A stretch of DNA of 64,000 nucleotides from positions 32,240,001 through 32,304,000 of the forward strand of contig OZ024740.1 of NCBI GenBank assembly GCA_964016885.1, written 5' to 3'. Below, piece after piece: positions 59,701 through 64,000 of this stretch. How positions within the stretch are numbered: position 1 is the stretch's first letter; each line of letters starts with the position of its first letter. The notes beneath the pieces were generated by a model that was not told the DNA's origin, did no database searches, and saw only the letters and a list, made by a program, of their open reading frames with translations. The translations under genes and the position numbers were made by a program. The DNA is from Eledone cirrhosa (taxonomy: Eukaryota).

Positions 59701-62700
59701 ACAGTAAAGTTGTTTATTAGTGATATAATAGACATATGAAGACGTAGTAAAGTTGTTTATTAGTGATATAATAGACATATGTGAGCCATAGTAAAGTTGT
59801 TTATTAGTGATATAATAGACATATGAAGACATAGTAAAGTTGTGTTTATTAATGATATAATAGACATATGAATACATAGTAAAGTTGTTTATTAGTGATA
59901 TAATATATATATAGGAAGACATAGGAAAGTTGTTTATTAATGATATAATAGACATATGAAGACATAGTAAAGTTGTGTTTATTAGTGATATAATATATAT
60001 AGGAAAGTTGTTTATTACTGATATAATAGACATGTGAAGATATAGTAAAGTTGTTTATTAGTGTTATAATAGACATATGAAGACGTAGTAAAGTTGTTTA
60101 TTAGTGTTATAATAGATATAGGAAGACATAGTAAAGTTGTTTATTAGTGCTATAATAGACATATGAACACATAGTAAAGTTGTTTATTAGTGCTATAATA
60201 GACATATGAAGACATAGTAAAGTTGTGTTTATTAATGATATTATAGACATATGTAGACATAGTAAGGTTGCTTATTAGTGCTATAATAGACATATGAAGA
60301 CATAGTAAAGTTGTTTATTAGTGTTATAATAGATATAGGAAGACATAGGAAAGTTGTTTATTAGTGTTATAATAGATATAGGAAGACATAGTAAAGTTGT
60401 TTATTAGTGTTATAATAGTTATAGGAAGACATAGTAAAGTTGTTTATTAGTGATATAATAGACATGAAGACATAGTAAAGTTGTTTATTAGTGCTATAAT
60501 AGATATAGGAACACATAGTAAAGTTGTTTATTAGTGATATAATAGATATAGGAAGACATAGGAAAGTTGTTTATTAGTGATATAATAGACATGTGAAGAC
60601 ATAGTAAAGTTGTTTATTAGTGATATAATAGACATGTGAAGACATAGTAAAGTTGTTTATTAGTGATATAATAGACATGTGAAGACATAGTAAAGTTGTT
60701 TATTAGTGTTATAATAGACATATGAAGACATAGTAAAGTTGTTTATTAGTGATATAATAGATATAGGAAGACATAGTAAAGTTGTTTATTAGTGTTATAA
60801 TAGACATATGAAGACATAGTAAAGTTCTTTATCAGTGCTATAATAGACATATGAAGACGTAGTAAAGTTGTGTTTATTAGTGCTTTAATAGACATATGAA
60901 GACATAGTAAAGTTGTTTATTAGTGATATAATAGACATGTGAAGACATAGTAAAGTTGTTTATTAGTGCTATAATAGACATATGAACACATAGTAAAGTT
61001 GTTTATTAGTGCTATAATAGACATGAAGACATAGTAAAGTTGTGTTTATTAGTGTTATAATAGATATAGGAAGACATAGAAAGTTGTTTATTAGTGTTAT
61101 AATAGATATAGGAAGACATAGTAAAGTTGTTTATTAGTGCTATAATAGACATATGAACACCTAGTAAAGTTGTTTATTATTGATATAATAGACATATGTA
61201 GACATAGTAAGGTTGTTTATTAGTGATATAATAGACATGTGAAGAAATAGTAAAGTTGTTTATTAGTGATATAATAGACATATGAAGACGTAGTACAGTT
61301 GTTTATTAGTGATATAATAGTTATAGGAAGACATAGTAAAGTTGTTTATTGGTGATATAATAGACATATGAAGACTTAGTAAAGGTGTGTTTATTAGTGA
61401 TATAATAGACATATGAACACAGTAAAGTTGTTTATTAGTGATATAATAGACATATGAACACATAGTAAAGTTGTTTATTAGTGATATAATAGACATATGA
61501 AGACATAGTAAAGTTGTTTATTAGTGCCATAATAGACATATGAACACATAGTAAAGTTGTTTATTAGTGATATAATAGACATATGAAGACATAGTATAGT
61601 TGTTTATTAGTGATATAATATATATATGAAGACATAGTAAAGTTGTTTATTAGTGATATAATATATATATGAAGACATAGTAAAGTTCTTTATTAGTGAT
61701 ATAATATATATAGGAAGACATAGGAAAGTTGTTTATTAGTGCTATAATAGACATATGAACACATAGTAAAGTTGTTTATTAAGGATATAATATATATATG
61801 AAGACATAGTAAAGTTCTTTATTAGTGATATAATATATATATGAAGACATAGTAAAGTTGTTTATTAGTGATATAATATATATAGGAAGACAGGAAAGTT
61901 GTTTATTAGTGATATAATAGACATATGAAGACATAGTAAAGTTTATTAGTGATATAATAGACATGTGAAGACATAGTAAAGTTGTTTATTAGTGATATAA
62001 TAGATATAGGAAGACATAGGACAGTTGTTTATTAGTGATATAATAGACATATGAAGACATAGTAAAGTTGTTTATTAGTGATATAATAGATATAGGAAGA
62101 CATAGGAAAGTTGTGTTTATTAATGATATAATAGACATATGAAGACATAGTAAAGTTGTTTATTAGTGCTATAATAGACATATGAAGACATAGTAAAGTT
62201 GTTTATTAGTGATATAATAGAAATGTGAAGACATAGTAAAGTTGTTTATTAGTGCTATAATAGACATATGAAGACGTAGTAAAGTTGTTTATTAGTGCTA
62301 TTATAGACATGAAGACAGTAAAGTTGTGTTTATTAGTGTTATAATAGACATATGAAGACTGAGTAAAGTTGTTTATTAGTGATATAATAGACATGTGAAG
62401 ACATAGTAAAGTTGTTTATTAGTGTTATAATAGACATATGAAGACGTAGTAGAGTTGTTTATTGGTGATATAATAGATATAGGAAGACATAGTAAAGTTG
62501 TTTATTAGTGTTATAATAGACATATGAAGACATAGTAAAGTTGTTTATTAGTGCTATAATAGACATATGAAGACATAGTAAAGTTGTGTTTATTAGTGAT
62601 ATAATAGACATATGAAGACATAGTAAAGTTGTTTATTAGTGATATAATATATATATAGGAAGACATAGGAAAGTTGTTTATTAATGATATAATAGACATA

Positions 62701-64000
62701 TGAAGACATAGTAAAGTTGTGTTTATTAATGATATAATAGACATATGAAGACATAGTAAAGTTGTTTATTAGTGATATAATAGACATATGAAGACTTAGT
62801 AAAGTTGTGTTTATTAGTGTTATAATAGACATATGAAGACATAGTTAAGTTGTGTTTATTAGTGATATAATAGACATCTGAAGACATAGTAAAGTTGTTT
62901 ATTAGTGCCATAATAGACATATGAACACATAGTAAAGTTGTTTATTAGTGATATAATAGACATATGAACACATAGTAAAGTTGTTTATTAGTGTTATAAT
63001 AGACATATGAAGACATAGTAAAGTTGTTTATTAGTGATATAATAGACATATGGAGACATAGTAAAGTTGTTTATTAGTGATATAATAGACATATGAAGAC
63101 ATAGTAAGGTTGTTTATTAGTGATATAATATATATAGGAAGACATAGGAAAGTTGTTTATTAGTGATATAATAGATATAGGAAGACATAGGACAGTTGTT
63201 TATTAATGATATAATAGACATATGAAGACATAGTAAAGTTGTGTTTATTAATGATATAATAGACATATGAAGACATAGTAAAGTTGTTTATTAGTGATAT
63301 AATAGACATATGAAGACTTAGTAAAGTTGTGTTTATTAGTGTTATAATAGACATATGAAGACATAGTTAAGTTGTGTTTATTAGTGCTATAATAGACATA
63401 TGAAGACATAGTAATGTTGTATTTATTAGTGATATAATAGACATATGAAGACGTAGTAAAGTTGTTTATTAGTGCCATAATAGACATATGAACACATAGT
63501 AAAGTTGTTTATTAGTGATACAATAGACATATGAACACATAGTAAAGTTGTTTATTAGTGTTATAATAGACATATGAACACATAGTAAAGTTGTTTATTA
63601 GTGATATAATAGACATATGAACACATAGTAAAGTTGTTTATTAGTGTTATAATAGACATATGAAGACATAGTAAAGTTGTTTATTAGTGATATAATAGAC
63701 ATATGGAGACATAGTAAAGTTGTTTATTAGTGTTATAATAGACATATGAAGACGTAGTAAAGTTGTTTATTAGTGATATAATAGACATATGTGAGCCATA
63801 GTAAAGTTGTTTATTAGTGATATAATAGACATATGTGAGCCATAGTAAAGTTGTTTATTAGTGATATAATAGACATGAAGACATAGTAAAGTTGTTTATT
63901 AGTGATATAATAGACATATGTGAGCCTTAGTAAATTTGTTTATTACTGATATAATAGACATATGAAGACATAGTAAAGTTGTTTATTAGTGATATAATAA
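50714..64000. repeat. 43-bp tandem satellite (ATGAAGACATAGTAAAGTTGTTTATTAGTGATATAATAGACAT)n, about 300 monomers, runs off the right edge
   Basis: Tandem 41-45-bp monomers; identical spurious ORFs recur at offsets of 1123, 1297, 5509 and 7070 bp. Confidence 0.98.

Noticed and set aside
50664-63487. Repeated MSIISLINNFTMSSYVYY ORFs
   Set aside because: Translations of the 43-bp satellite with frequent stops

Overview
AT-rich, repeat-dominated animal genomic DNA. The SINE and LINE fragments look like those of octopus or another coleoid cephalopod (inference from recalled families). A 200-N scaffold gap at 32033-32232 splits the window. Most of the sequence is three tandem satellites (29 bp at 1-13690, 46 bp at 28545-31202, 43 bp at 50714-64000, the two large ones with kb-scale higher-order repeats) plus a ~17-kb (TA)n/(TACA)n tract. 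A full-length but decayed Ty3/Gypsy LTR retrotransposon (16052-24048, minus strand) carries a nested, oppositely oriented, non-coding LTR element (20100-22197, 4-bp TSD ACTC). The two share a tRNA-Trp PBS, PPT, promoter motif and a structured 3'-UTR RNA element with a compensatory base change. One host exon resembling KDM6A/UTX lies at 49963-50075 (+). The most notable signal is a set of type-I hammerhead ribozyme motifs: a ~465-bp head-to-tail array with an inverted copy inside the (TA)n tract, one minimal hammerhead per full unit (retrozyme or Penelope-derived). There is also a hammerhead with a ~115-nt stem II at 47289-47439 and three degenerate relics. All IYIY-type and satellite ORFs are spurious.
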